Origin: a virus
Taxonomy: Duplodnaviria; Caudoviricetes
IMG/VR virus record: IMGVR_UViG_3300045931_000347
Span: 1-60,291 of that record
Length of the DNA stretch: 60,291 nt
Strand: one strand, 5' to 3'
Shown: piece by piece, positions 18,642-27,703 of the stretch
How the letters are laid out: every line of letters starts with the position of its first letter
How positions within the stretch are numbered: the stretch's first letter is position 1
Program-made: the position numbers and the translations under genes
The notes under the pieces: model-generated
Seen by the model: only the letters and a program-made list of their open reading frames with translations
The model's database searches: none
What the model was told of the DNA's origin: nothing

Positions 18642-19310
18642 GTGCCATTCAACAACCCGGCCAAGCACGTCATGCTCGACGCCCTGGACGAGTCGCAGTC
18701 CGCCGGGGTCGACTTCATCGGCATCTTCACCCTCTCCGACCCGGGCACGGGAACGGACTTCACTGGCACTGAGGCCAGCGGTGGTTCGCCCCCGTACGCG
18801 CGGCAGGCGGTCACCTGGGGCGCGGCGGCGTCGGGGCAGAAGACCAACACCAGCACCCTGACCTTCGACCTGGCGGCCGGCACGTACGGGTTCTTCGGGC
18901 TGTTCAACGCGGTCTCCGGCAACACCAACAACTTCCTGGGCTATCTGCCCTTCGCCGGTAACCCGGCCAGCGCGGTCAAGGGGTTCGGGACGGTCGACGC
19001 GACCGGGGTCACCAACGACACGATCACCTCCAACGGCCACGGGTTGGCCGCCGACGACCGGGTGATCGTCTATAACGTCTTCGCCGAGTCCCTTCCCACC
19101 GGCCTGACCGAGGGCACGATCTACTTCGTGCTGTCCTCGGGCCTGACCACGGACGTGTTCAAGCTCTCCACCACCTCCGGCGGTTCGGCGGTGAACCTGA
19201 CCGGGCAGGGCGAGCTGTACTTCCAGGAAGTCATCCCCGAGGTGTTCGCCGGCCAGGGCCAGCTCACCGTGGCCGCCTCCGCGCTGGTGCTCGACGCCAC
19301 CACGATCTAG
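18642..19310 (+). CDS. Virion structural protein
   Basis: E.SGG..YARQAVTW motif typical of phage head/tail accessory proteins; G/T-rich. Confidence 0.6.
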   Translation: MPFNNPAKHVMLDALDESQSAGVDFIGIFTLSDPGTGTDFTGTEASGGSPPYARQAVTWGAAASGQKTNTSTLTFDLAAGTYGFFGLFNAVSGNTNNFLGYLPFAGNPASAVKGFGTVDATGVTNDTITSNGHGLAADDRVIVYNVFAESLPTGLTEGTIYFVLSSGLTTDVFKLSTTSGGSAVNLTGQGELYFQEVIPEVFAGQGQLTVAASALVLDATTI

Positions 19311-19318
19311 GGAGCGCC

Positions 19319-19636
19319 ATGTCCACCTACGTCACCACCGAGCACTTCTCCGCCAACAGCGGCGAGGAGGTCTACGACACCTGGTACGGCACCGAGGTGC
19401 AGTACGCGCCGGGCTACAACCCGCTCACCTCGGTGGTCATCGGCGGTTCGTACGAGCTGTCCGGGCCGGGAGCCGGCGACGTGGAAGTCGTGACCGGGCT
19501 GGGTGAGACCGGGGTGCACGGCGGTCCGCTGGAGCCCAACTGGCCCTACGGCGACTACGGCTACCACGTGCACGTGCGCCAGGCCGCCGGCGGGGACTCC
19601 TTCGACCTCGAAGTGACGCTTCTCTACGTGATCTGA
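19319..19636 (+). CDS. Putative structural protein
   Basis: GGAG RBS; beta-rich composition. Confidence 0.5.
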   Translation: MSTYVTTEHFSANSGEEVYDTWYGTEVQYAPGYNPLTSVVIGGSYELSGPGAGDVEVVTGLGETGVHGGPLEPNWPYGDYGYHVHVRQAAGGDSFDLEVTLLYVI

Positions 19637-20850
19637 TGCCGACCCTGCTCGCCTGCACCGGCTTCGAGTTCGGCAGCACGGCAGGCTGGGCGACCGGCAA
19701 CGCCGGTAACAAGATCTTCGACGCGATCGTCGGCACCCCCACGATCGTCACCACCTCGCCCCGCACCGGCACCTACTGCCTGGAGGTGTCCGCGTCGGCG
19801 GCGACCGAGGGCGTGCGCTGGGGCACCGACACCCTGGGCAGCTCCAAGACCCACCTGGTCAGCGTGGTCTACGTCTACTTCCCGACCTCCTTGCCGTCGG
19901 GCGACTTCGACCTGATCCAGTTCCAGTGCGTCGGCCCCAACTACATCCTGATGTACCGTAACTCCGACTCGAAGCTGTGCGTCGGCATCCCCGGCGGGTC
20001 GGTGGTCAGCGGACCGGTCGTCACCACCAACACCTGGTACCGCCTCGATGTCCACATGGACGTCTCCGCCAACCCCAACACCATCGACTGGCAGGTCGAC
20101 GGGGTAGCGCAGACCCAGTTCAGCAACGCCGTGGCCGCGGACACGCTGTTCTCCATGGACCTGGGCCCGACCCTGGCGGGCGAGACGGGCACGGTCCGTT
20201 TCGACGACTGGTGCGCATCCACGACCTCCGGCGACTACCCGCTGGGCGAGCACAAGGTGGTGCTGCTCTCGGTCGACCCGGCCGGCACGTTCACCCTGTC
20301 TGGCACATCCGGCAACTTCAACACGTTCACGAATAACGGGACCTTGGCGGCCTGGAACGCCACCACGGCCCGCAACAACACCGACGAGATCCCGCCCACC
20401 ATCGGCTCCACCGCCGACGGATGGGTGCAGATCACCCTCGCTGCGTCGGACTACGTCGAGACGCCGATGACCAGCTACACGCTGGCCGGCGGAGAAACAG
20501 TCTCCGGGCTGCGGATGCTCGCCCCCGGCTGGGCAACCTCCGGGACAGCGGCGACGATCGGGTTCAGGTCTTATAACGGCACCACCGAGACGACCCTGTT
20601 CGCCGCCGCCGACCCGAACTTCGACAACTCCACCACCGCGCCGGCGTGGGTGTGCAAGATGTGCACCCTGGCCGACTTCGACACTCAGTCGGAGCTGGAT
20701 GCTCTCGCATTCAGGGTCGGGTTCTCCGGTGACGCCACCCCGGATGTCGGCATCCACGCCATCTACGCGGAGCTTGCGGTCAAGGTTGCGGCCGCGGCCA
20801 CCTCCTTCCTTCCCGTCCGGCGCCAGATGGGCGCCCTGCTGCAGATGTAG
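19636..20850 (+). CDS. Putative virion protein with lectin/LamG-like beta sandwich
   Basis: TGFE start, NTWYRLDV..WQVDG..VRFDD pattern; T/S/G-rich. Confidence 0.55.
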   Translation: MPTLLACTGFEFGSTAGWATGNAGNKIFDAIVGTPTIVTTSPRTGTYCLEVSASAATEGVRWGTDTLGSSKTHLVSVVYVYFPTSLPSGDFDLIQFQCVGPNYILMYRNSDSKLCVGIPGGSVVSGPVVTTNTWYRLDVHMDVSANPNTIDWQVDGVAQTQFSNAVAADTLFSMDLGPTLAGETGTVRFDDWCASTTSGDYPLGEHKVVLLSVDPAGTFTLSGTSGNFNTFTNNGTLAAWNATTARNNTDEIPPTIGSTADGWVQITLAASDYVETPMTSYTLAGGETVSGLRMLAPGWATSGTAATIGFRSYNGTTETTLFAAADPNFDNSTTAPAWVCKMCTLADFDTQSELDALAFRVGFSGDATPDVGIHAIYAELAVKVAAAATSFLPVRRQMGALLQM

Positions 20851-20858
20851 GAGGGTCC

Positions 20859-21341
20859 ATGGCCGCCCAGCGGGGCATCTACACGGTCAGCTTCGCCGCG
20901 AGCTCGTTCACCAACGCCAATGGCGACTACGACTTCTTCGAGCTGACCCCCGTCGATGACCGGCCGATCGAGATCGTGGCGATCTACATCGGCAACAAGA
21001 GCGAGATCGGCGACGCCCAGGAGGAGTTCGTCGAGTGGTCGATCGTCACCGACAACGCCTCCTCCGGTAACGGCACCTCCACCACCCCCCGCCCGCTGGA
21101 CCCCCGGGACGGGGCGGCCGGGTTCACCGCCGAGACGGTCGCGTCGACGCCCGCCAGCACCGGCACCGAGATCTTCGTCCACCAGGACACCTTCAACATC
21201 CGGGCCGGGCTGGCGTTCATCGTGCCGGAGTTCATGCGGGCCAAGGTGGACCAGGCCGACACGATGCTGTGCATCCGGATGGAGCAGGGACTGGCCGACG
21301 ACGCGTCGATCGCCGGCACCGTCTACGTGCGCGAGCTGTAA
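20859..21341 (+). CDS. Putative virion structural protein
   Basis: AGGAGG RBS; within structural operon. Confidence 0.55.
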   Translation: MAAQRGIYTVSFAASSFTNANGDYDFFELTPVDDRPIEIVAIYIGNKSEIGDAQEEFVEWSIVTDNASSGNGTSTTPRPLDPRDGAAGFTAETVASTPASTGTEIFVHQDTFNIRAGLAFIVPEFMRAKVDQADTMLCIRMEQGLADDASIAGTVYVREL

Positions 21342-22127
21342 GTGGGGCTGTTCCGCCCAGCCGACGTCGTCATCCCGCCGCGGCGGTTCATCCCGACCGC
21401 CGTCCCGATCTCCGGCCCGCAGCAGTCCGGCACTGCTGCACTGGATGTCTCCGGCTCGGGTGTCGCGGTCAAGGTTGCGGTCCAGACCGGCTCCTGCTCG
21501 GTTGGACTCACAGGTACCGGGGTCGGGCGGAAGGTCGGGACGGAGTCCGGTCAGTCTCCGGCCGGTCTGGTCGGAGCCGGGACGCAACGCAAGGTCGTTC
21601 CCAACGCCGGGGTCTCGTCCGTCGGTGCTTCGGCCCGCGGCGTGGGACGCAAGGTCGCACCCAACGCCGCGACCGCGGTCCTCGGTGTAACTGGGACGGG
21701 CCTGCAGCGCAAGGTCCAGGCGGCGGCTGCCCGGGCGAGCGTGGGTCTGGTCGGTTCGGGTGCCGATCGGAAGTCCGCTGCTGTCACGGGCCGCTCTGTC
21801 GTCGGGCTCGTCGGGGCCGGATCGGAGACCCAGGGGACGCCGGCGGTCGCGCAGTCCGGCGCTCTGGCCGTGGGGTTCGCGGCGTTCGGGTCGGGTGCGA
21901 AGAGCGCGGCCGGGCGCGGGAGCGCCGCGCTGGGCGTCGGCGGCTACGGGCGCTCCGGGGTCGAGGCGCAGACCACACCGCTGATCACCAACACCACCGC
22001 CAACCCCACGGTGTCCACCACGCTTGGCCCGGAAGCGACGACCACGTCCACCGGCGGCGTCCTGGTGACCGTCGGAGTCTCCAACTCCTTGACCACCAAC
22101 ACCGACATCCGTGCGGAGGTGACGTGA
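21342..22127 (+). CDS. Repetitive Gly/Ala/Val/Ser-rich putative structural protein
   Basis: About 20-aa repeats of VGLxGxG.xRKV. Confidence 0.55.
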   Translation: MGLFRPADVVIPPRRFIPTAVPISGPQQSGTAALDVSGSGVAVKVAVQTGSCSVGLTGTGVGRKVGTESGQSPAGLVGAGTQRKVVPNAGVSSVGASARGVGRKVAPNAATAVLGVTGTGLQRKVQAAAARASVGLVGSGADRKSAAVTGRSVVGLVGAGSETQGTPAVAQSGALAVGFAAFGSGAKSAAGRGSAALGVGGYGRSGVEAQTTPLITNTTANPTVSTTLGPEATTTSTGGVLVTVGVSNSLTTNTDIRAEVT

Positions 22128-22984
22128 CCGTCTACGACGTGGGGGATCAGGCCACCCTCCGACACGAGGTGCGGGTCTCCGGCGTGCTCACCGACGCCAC
22201 CGTGGTCCTGTCGGTGACCGCCCCGGATGGGACCGTGTCGACCCCGTCGGTGACCCACGCCTCCACCGGCGTCTACACCGCACCGGTCCCGGTAACCCAG
22301 GCCGGCCCGTGGACCTACGTGTTCACCATGTCCGGGACCGTCATCGATGTCGCGGTGGGCACGTTCTCCGGACAGAACCCGCAACCCCCCACCTACATCA
22401 CCCTCGCCCAGCTCAAGTCGTACCTGCGGATCACCGACGCCACCGAGGACGACCTCCTACTGGGCGCGCTGGCGTCCATCTGCCGGGAGATCGACAAGTT
22501 CTGCCAGCGGCGCTTCTACGCCGACCTGACTGCGACCGCGCGCGAGTACGACGTGCACAGCATCCGCCGCCTCGAGGTCGACGACTTCTGGACCACGACC
22601 GGGCTGGTCGTGGAAGGCGACTACGGCGGGGACGGGACGTTCGAGACGACGATCGCCTCCACCAACTACAAGCCCTACCCCCTCAACGGGATCGTCGACG
22701 GCGAGTCGGGCTGGCCCTTCAACGAGCTGCGGGCCGTCAACGTGACCTGGCCGACCCAATCCCTCACCCCGGGAATGAGGGTCACCGCGAAGTGGGGCTG
22801 GGCGGCGGTCCCGGCGCCGGTCGTCGAGGCGACGAAGATCCTCGCGTCGGAGACGTTCAAACTCAAGGGCGCCCCGTTCGGGGTGGCATCCTTCGACCAG
22901 TTCGGTCCGATCCGGGTGCGGGACAACCCTATGGCGGCCAAGAAGCTGTCCCCCTACGTGCGTAGTCTGGTCCTGGTCGCATGA
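22124..22984 (+). CDS. Head-to-tail adaptor with N-terminal Ig-like domain
   Basis: YITLAQLKSYLRI..D.LL..ICREIDKFCQRRF, KWGWAAVPAPV; N-term V.APDG..TGVY. Confidence 0.8.
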   Translation: MTVYDVGDQATLRHEVRVSGVLTDATVVLSVTAPDGTVSTPSVTHASTGVYTAPVPVTQAGPWTYVFTMSGTVIDVAVGTFSGQNPQPPTYITLAQLKSYLRITDATEDDLLLGALASICREIDKFCQRRFYADLTATAREYDVHSIRRLEVDDFWTTTGLVVEGDYGGDGTFETTIASTNYKPYPLNGIVDGESGWPFNELRAVNVTWPTQSLTPGMRVTAKWGWAAVPAPVVEATKILASETFKLKGAPFGVASFDQFGPIRVRDNPMAAKKLSPYVRSLVLVA

Positions 22985-23406
22985 GCGACCTCGCCGACGT
23001 CGTGGAGGCACTCGCGGCGCGGATCCGCACCGGCCTGGCCGGGGACGTCCTGGAAGGACGCACCTACGCCTTCGCCCCCGACTCGATCGTCCCGCCCACC
23101 GCGATCGTGCTCCCCTCCAGCGACGACTTCCTCGACTTCGACGTGACCTTCGACGGCCAGGACGACTTCGGCCTCGTGGTGAAGATCCTCATGGGGACCC
23201 AGGACGACCGGTCCGGCCAGGCGGAGCTGCTCGGCTACCTGTCCCGCTCCGGCTCGACCTCCATCCGCACCGCCATCTACGGCGATGCCACCCTGGGCGG
23301 AGTGGTCTCGGACCTGAAGGTCACCGGGGCCCGCGGGTACGGAGACATCGAGTGGGCGGGGCAGGTCTTCTACGGCGCCGAGCTGACGGTGCAGGCCTAC
23401 GCGTGA
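22981..23406 (+). CDS. Tail terminator / tail completion protein
   Basis: PDSIVPP, SIRTAIYGDATLGG; position after adaptor. Confidence 0.7.
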   Translation: MSDLADVVEALAARIRTGLAGDVLEGRTYAFAPDSIVPPTAIVLPSSDDFLDFDVTFDGQDDFGLVVKILMGTQDDRSGQAELLGYLSRSGSTSIRTAIYGDATLGGVVSDLKVTGARGYGDIEWAGQVFYGAELTVQAYA

Positions 23407-24425
23407 GGTGGGTGGTTGCCGAACCCGGCCCGGCGTTCTCGGTGAAGGACGTCTACGCCGGCTGGGTGGAGGCGCTGCGGGAACTGGGCCAGCACGTCAT
23501 CGAATACAACCTGAGCGAGCGTCTGACCTTTTACTCCTCGACGCTCAAGCAGGTCTCCGAGCACACCTTCGTCCCCTACCTGACCCACGACCAGGCCCTC
23601 GAGCTGGCGATCAACGGCCTCTACGCCACCCTGTACAAGGCCCGCCCGGACGTGCTGCTGGTGGTCTCCGGCTTCTTCGTCCCACCGGAGCTGCTGGACC
23701 GGGCCCGCCGCTCCGGCACCCGGACCGTGGTCGCCTACACCGAGGTCCCGTACGAGAACGACCGCCAGTTGCGGCTGGCGCCGTACGCGGATGTGAACCT
23801 CGTCGACGACCCGACCGGGATCGACGAGTTCACCCGGCATGGCTTCACCTGGTACGTCCCGCACGCCTACCGCCCCTCGGTGCACAGCCCCGGCCCTTCC
23901 ATTTCGGAGCTGGAGTGCGACCTGGCCTTCGTGGGGACCGGGTTCCCGTCCCGGATCGACTTCCTTGAGGCAATGGACCTCGAGGGTCTGGATGTGCTGC
24001 TGGCCGGCAACTGGGCCGCGGTCGCGGAGTCCTCTCCGCTTCGTCGGTTCATCGCCACCTCGGTCGATGACTGCCTGGACAACGACAAGACGGTGCAGGT
24101 GTACCGGTCGGCGCGGCTCGGACTGAACCTCTACCGGCGCGAGGCCCAACGCCCGGAGCTGACCCAGGGCTGGGCGATGGGTCCGCGCGAGGTGGAGATG
24201 GCCGCGTGCGGGCTGTTCTTCCTCCGCGACCCGAGGCCGGAGGGCGATGAGGTGCTGGACATGCTGCCCACCTTCACCAGCCCGGACGAGGCCTCGGACC
24301 TGCTGCGGTACTGGCTGGCCCGGCCCCGGGAGCGGGCGGAGCTGGCCCTCAAGGCCCGCGAGGCGGTCGCGGACCGCACGTTTACCAACTACGCGGCGCA
24401 GCTGTTGCGTCTGCTGGAGCGCTAG
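23403..24425 (+). CDS. GT-B glycosyltransferase (CgeB/YkvP-like)
   Basis: DLAFVGT, VYRSARLGLN, PREVEMAACG, TFTNYA. Confidence 0.82.
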   Translation: MRWVVAEPGPAFSVKDVYAGWVEALRELGQHVIEYNLSERLTFYSSTLKQVSEHTFVPYLTHDQALELAINGLYATLYKARPDVLLVVSGFFVPPELLDRARRSGTRTVVAYTEVPYENDRQLRLAPYADVNLVDDPTGIDEFTRHGFTWYVPHAYRPSVHSPGPSISELECDLAFVGTGFPSRIDFLEAMDLEGLDVLLAGNWAAVAESSPLRRFIATSVDDCLDNDKTVQVYRSARLGLNLYRREAQRPELTQGWAMGPREVEMAACGLFFLRDPRPEGDEVLDMLPTFTSPDEASDLLRYWLARPRERAELALKAREAVADRTFTNYAAQLLRLLER

Positions 24426-24435
24426 AGGAGTCAGG

Positions 24436-24843
24436 ATGCCTGCCGTTGGACGCCAAGCGGGACGCAACGCCCGGATCTATGTCGGCCACGCCTCCGGCGC
24501 TGAGGCGTCGCCGCTGGCGTACCAGGCCGAGTGGACGATCAACTTCGGGACGCCGAAGCTCGACGTGACCGCGTTCGGCGACCCGAACAAGGTGACCGTC
24601 AACGGCCTGCCAGAGTCCACCGGCGGGTTTAGCGGCTTCTACGACGACACGTCGAACCAGACCTACACCGCCGCGGTGGACGGGGTGGCCCGCAAGATGT
24701 ACCTGTACCCGAACGCGAACTTGGCCACCCGGTACTTCTTCGGCACCGTCAACCCGGACGTGAGCTTCGGCGGCGCGGTGGCCGGCGCGATCACCGTCTC
24801 CTCGGCGTGGGAGGCGGCCAGCCAGATCCAGCTGGTCGGCTGA
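24436..24843 (+). CDS. Major tail protein
   Basis: GAGGAG RBS; DVTAFGD.NK.TV.GL, GFSGFYD, YLYP. Confidence 0.75.
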   Translation: MPAVGRQAGRNARIYVGHASGAEASPLAYQAEWTINFGTPKLDVTAFGDPNKVTVNGLPESTGGFSGFYDDTSNQTYTAAVDGVARKMYLYPNANLATRYFFGTVNPDVSFGGAVAGAITVSSAWEAASQIQLVG

Positions 24844-25304
24844 TGCCGGTCTCCCTGACCGTCTCCGGCGGCCCGGAGATGCGCTATGTGGCGGCGCTGC
24901 TGCGCAAGGCCGGGCTAGGGGATCTGAAGAAGGAGCGCAACAAGGCCCAACGCGATGCGGTCAAGCCGTTGCAGCGCGAGATCAGGCTGGAGGCGGCGGC
25001 CACCCTGCCCGGCGAGTACGCCGGGATCATGGCCCGGGCGGTGCGGGTCAGCGTCACCCACGGCCGCGGGGATGTGGTCCTGCACGCGCGGGTGCACGCG
25101 CGCGGGCGCAAGGAGGCCCGGGACGTGCGGGCCGTCAACGACGGCCGGCTACGCCACCCGCTGTTCGGCAACCGCAGGCGCTGGTACGCCCAGGCGGTCC
25201 GGCCGGGGTTCGTGACCCGGCCGGTGGAGCGGACCTGGGACCGGGTCTACGAGGCCTCCGACGAGGCCCACCGGCGCTATCTGGAGAGGATCGCGAGAGC
25301 CTAG
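24843..25304 (+). CDS. HK97 gp10-like neck/tail protein
   Basis: Basic; GRLRHPLFGNRRRWY.Q..PGF. Confidence 0.65.
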   Translation: MPVSLTVSGGPEMRYVAALLRKAGLGDLKKERNKAQRDAVKPLQREIRLEAAATLPGEYAGIMARAVRVSVTHGRGDVVLHARVHARGRKEARDVRAVNDGRLRHPLFGNRRRWYAQAVRPGFVTRPVERTWDRVYEASDEAHRRYLERIARA

Positions 25305-25708
25305 TGGCGAAGCTGCGACTGACCGAGGCGGACCGCAAGAGGTTCGGCGTCACCGGGGACCTCCCCATCGACCTGGGCGGGATCACCAACCGCGAGGCGA
25401 TCGCGTTGAAGGCCTTGGGGTATCCCACCCCGAGGCTGTTCCGGGCGGTCAACCAGGACGAGGACCCGGGTCCGCTGTGGTGGACCGGGCTGGTGTGGCT
25501 GGCTCTGCGCCGGGCCGGGGTCGACACGGACCTGGACACACTCGAGTTCAACATCGACGAGTTGGGCATCGTCGCGGACACCGAGCCGGTGGCGGTGGAG
25601 GGAAAAGCACCGCCGGCCCCCGACGGCTCGACGAGCTCAGCCAGGAAGAGCTCGACATCCACCGCGACGTCGAGGCCGAGGTCGAAGCCCAGATCCTCCC
25701 GTTCCTGA
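25304..25708 (+). CDS. Tail assembly chaperone (short form)
   Basis: Upstream of tape measure; slippery site G GGA AAA at 25600-25606. Confidence 0.8.
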   Translation: MAKLRLTEADRKRFGVTGDLPIDLGGITNREAIALKALGYPTPRLFRAVNQDEDPGPLWWTGLVWLALRRAGVDTDLDTLEFNIDELGIVADTEPVAVEGKAPPAPDGSTSSARKSSTSTATSRPRSKPRSSRS

Positions 25709-25806
25709 TCTACCTGCCGGGTATCGCGTGGTGGCGCGAGATCTGGGACATGCCGTTCTGGCTGTTCGAGCAGTGCGTCGACTACGTGGACGCGAAGCGG
25801 GGGTGA
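25600..25806 (+). CDS. Tail assembly chaperone, -1 frameshift extension
   Basis: -1 frame reads GKSTAG...WREIWDMPFWLFEQ and stops immediately before tape measure. Confidence 0.75.
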   Translation, partial: GKSTAGPRRLDELSQEELDIHRDVEAEVEAQILPFLIYLPGIAWWREIWDMPFWLFEQCVDYVDAKRG

Positions 25807-25807
25807 C

Positions 25808-27703
25808 ATGCCGGTCCGCGACCTGATCCTCAACCTGAAGGAGAAGAAGTCCGGCCGGGCCCTGCTCGACGCCGCGAACGACCTGGACCGTGCAGCGGAC
25901 GGGGTGGACCGGTTCGCCGACCGGTCCAAGGATGCGGCACGCGACCTGGCGGGGCTCAACCACGAACTGCAGCGGGCCACCGCCCGGGCGTCGGATCTTC
26001 GCAGCCAGTTCGCCCGCACCGGCGACCGAGGGTTGTTCGGCGACATCGGCAAGGAGGAGGCGGCGATCCGCCGCATCCGCCGGCTGATCGGCAACCAGGG
26101 CGGCGGCGGAAACCTCCTCGGCTCGATCCCCAACATCGGCGGTGTGCCCGGTCCGCTGATCGCGGGTGGGGCCGCCGCCGTCGCTGCGCTCTCCCCCGCC
26201 ATCGGCGCCACCATCGCCGCCGCGGTCCTGGGCGGGGTGGGAACGGGCGGGCTGATCGGCGGGGTGGCCCTGGCCTCCCAGGACACCCGGGTACAGGCGG
26301 CGTTCAAGGACTTCGGCACCGAGGCGTTCCGGGGTCTGAGCGACGCGTCCTCACCCCTGGTCAAGCCGCTGGTGGGGGCTGCGCACAAGTTCGGCGACGC
26401 CTGGCGCAAGGAGCTACCCGCCGTCCAGCAGGACTTCCGGATCCTCGCCCAGGCGGTGGACCCGATCGCGGGCAGCCTCACCGGCTTCGTCCACAACCTT
26501 CACCCCGGGCTGACCACAGCACTGAAGGCGTCGATCCCGATCGCGGCGCAGTTCGAGAAGGAGTTCTCCGGCTTCGGCACCGCAACCGGTGAGTTCCTGC
26601 GGGACATGGCCCGCTCGGCCCCCGGCGCGAAGATCGCCCTGCACGACCTGTTCACGGTCATCGACATGGGCCTGGACCATCTCGGCGACGGGGTCAAGAT
26701 CCTGTCCGGTGCGTATGAGGGGATGCGCAAGCTCGGCCTGGTTGCGCCGCCCGAGTGGCTGATGCAGATGAGCCAGGGCACCCTGACGACGGCGATCGAG
26801 ATCCTCAACCCGGAGCTGACCAAGGCCAGCAACAACCTCAGGGACGTGTACACCCCGACCCAGGAACTCGCCCGCGCGCAGGAGGACGCCGCCGACGCGG
26901 CGAAGTCGCAGGCCGACGCGATAGCCAAGCTGAACAAGCAGGTCGACGACTACTACGACGGGATCCTCGGCCCACTGGACGCGGAGGAGCGTTGGGCGGC
27001 GGCACTCCTGGACACCGCCGACGCCCTCCGGGAGAACGGCCGGACCCTGGACATCCACACCCGGCAGGGCCTGGCGAACCGGGACGCGATCGAAGAGCAG
27101 TTCCTGGCCACGAAGAACCGACTCGACCAGGGCACCCTCACCGAGCAGCAGTATCAGCGGGAGATCGACAAATTGGCGGCGCTGGGCACCAAGTTCCACG
27201 ACACGACCGGGTTCGTTGCCGGGCTGGTCGAGGCCTACCGGAGGGTGCCCAGCGAGATCAGGTCGACCCTGTCCGTGACGGCCGGGGGCAGTGGTCTGAG
27301 CATCCTGCTACGGCTGCTCAAGGGCACGGTCAGCGGCAAGATGGCGTTCTCGATGGGCGAGCACTCGGGCGGCCAGATCGGGATGCTGGTCGGGTCGACG
27401 GCCGGACTTCCGGGCCCGGGACACGGCGCGTTCATCGAAGGCTTCGCCGGCGGCGGGACAACGCCGGCGTTCCGTCCGTTCCGGGTCCACGCCGGCGAGA
27501 CGCTGTGGTCAGACCGGGAACACTTCGTGGCCACCGCCTCCCAGACGCGGGCGATGGGCGGCGGAGCGCAGGTGATGGTCACGTTGGATCCGGCCCTGAC
27601 CGGGCCGAGTCGGGATCTCGCCGCGGCGATGCTGGGGCTGCTGCGCTACGAGATCCGCACCGGCTACGGCGGTGACCCCGTCCTGGCATTGGGGCAGCGC
27701 TAG
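25808..27703 (+). CDS. Tape measure protein
   Basis: Ala/Gly-rich helical, hydrophobic segment, C-terminal FAGGG..VHAGE. Confidence 0.85.
   Translation: MPVRDLILNLKEKKSGRALLDAANDLDRAADGVDRFADRSKDAARDLAGLNHELQRATARASDLRSQFARTGDRGLFGDIGKEEAAIRRIRRLIGNQGGGGNLLGSIPNIGGVPGPLIAGGAAAVAALSPAIGATIAAAVLGGVGTGGLIGGVALASQDTRVQAAFKDFGTEAFRGLSDASSPLVKPLVGAAHKFGDAWRKELPAVQQDFRILAQAVDPIAGSLTGFVHNLHPGLTTALKASIPIAAQFEKEFSGFGTATGEFLRDMARSAPGAKIALHDLFTVIDMGLDHLGDGVKILSGAYEGMRKLGLVAPPEWLMQMSQGTLTTAIEILNPELTKASNNLRDVYTPTQELARAQEDAADAAKSQADAIAKLNKQVDDYYDGILGPLDAEERWAAALLDTADALRENGRTLDIHTRQGLANRDAIEEQFLATKNRLDQGTLTEQQYQREIDKLAALGTKFHDTTGFVAGLVEAYRRVPSEIRSTLSVTAGGSGLSILLRLLKGTVSGKMAFSMGEHSGGQIGMLVGSTAGLPGPGHGAFIEGFAGGGTTPAFRPFRVHAGETLWSDREHFVATASQTRAMGGGAQVMVTLDPALTGPSRDLAAAMLGLLRYEIRTGYGGDPVLALGQR

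Noticed and set aside
25600-25606. Programmed -1 frameshift as a novelty
   Set aside because: Well supported but a standard feature of tail assembly chaperones.
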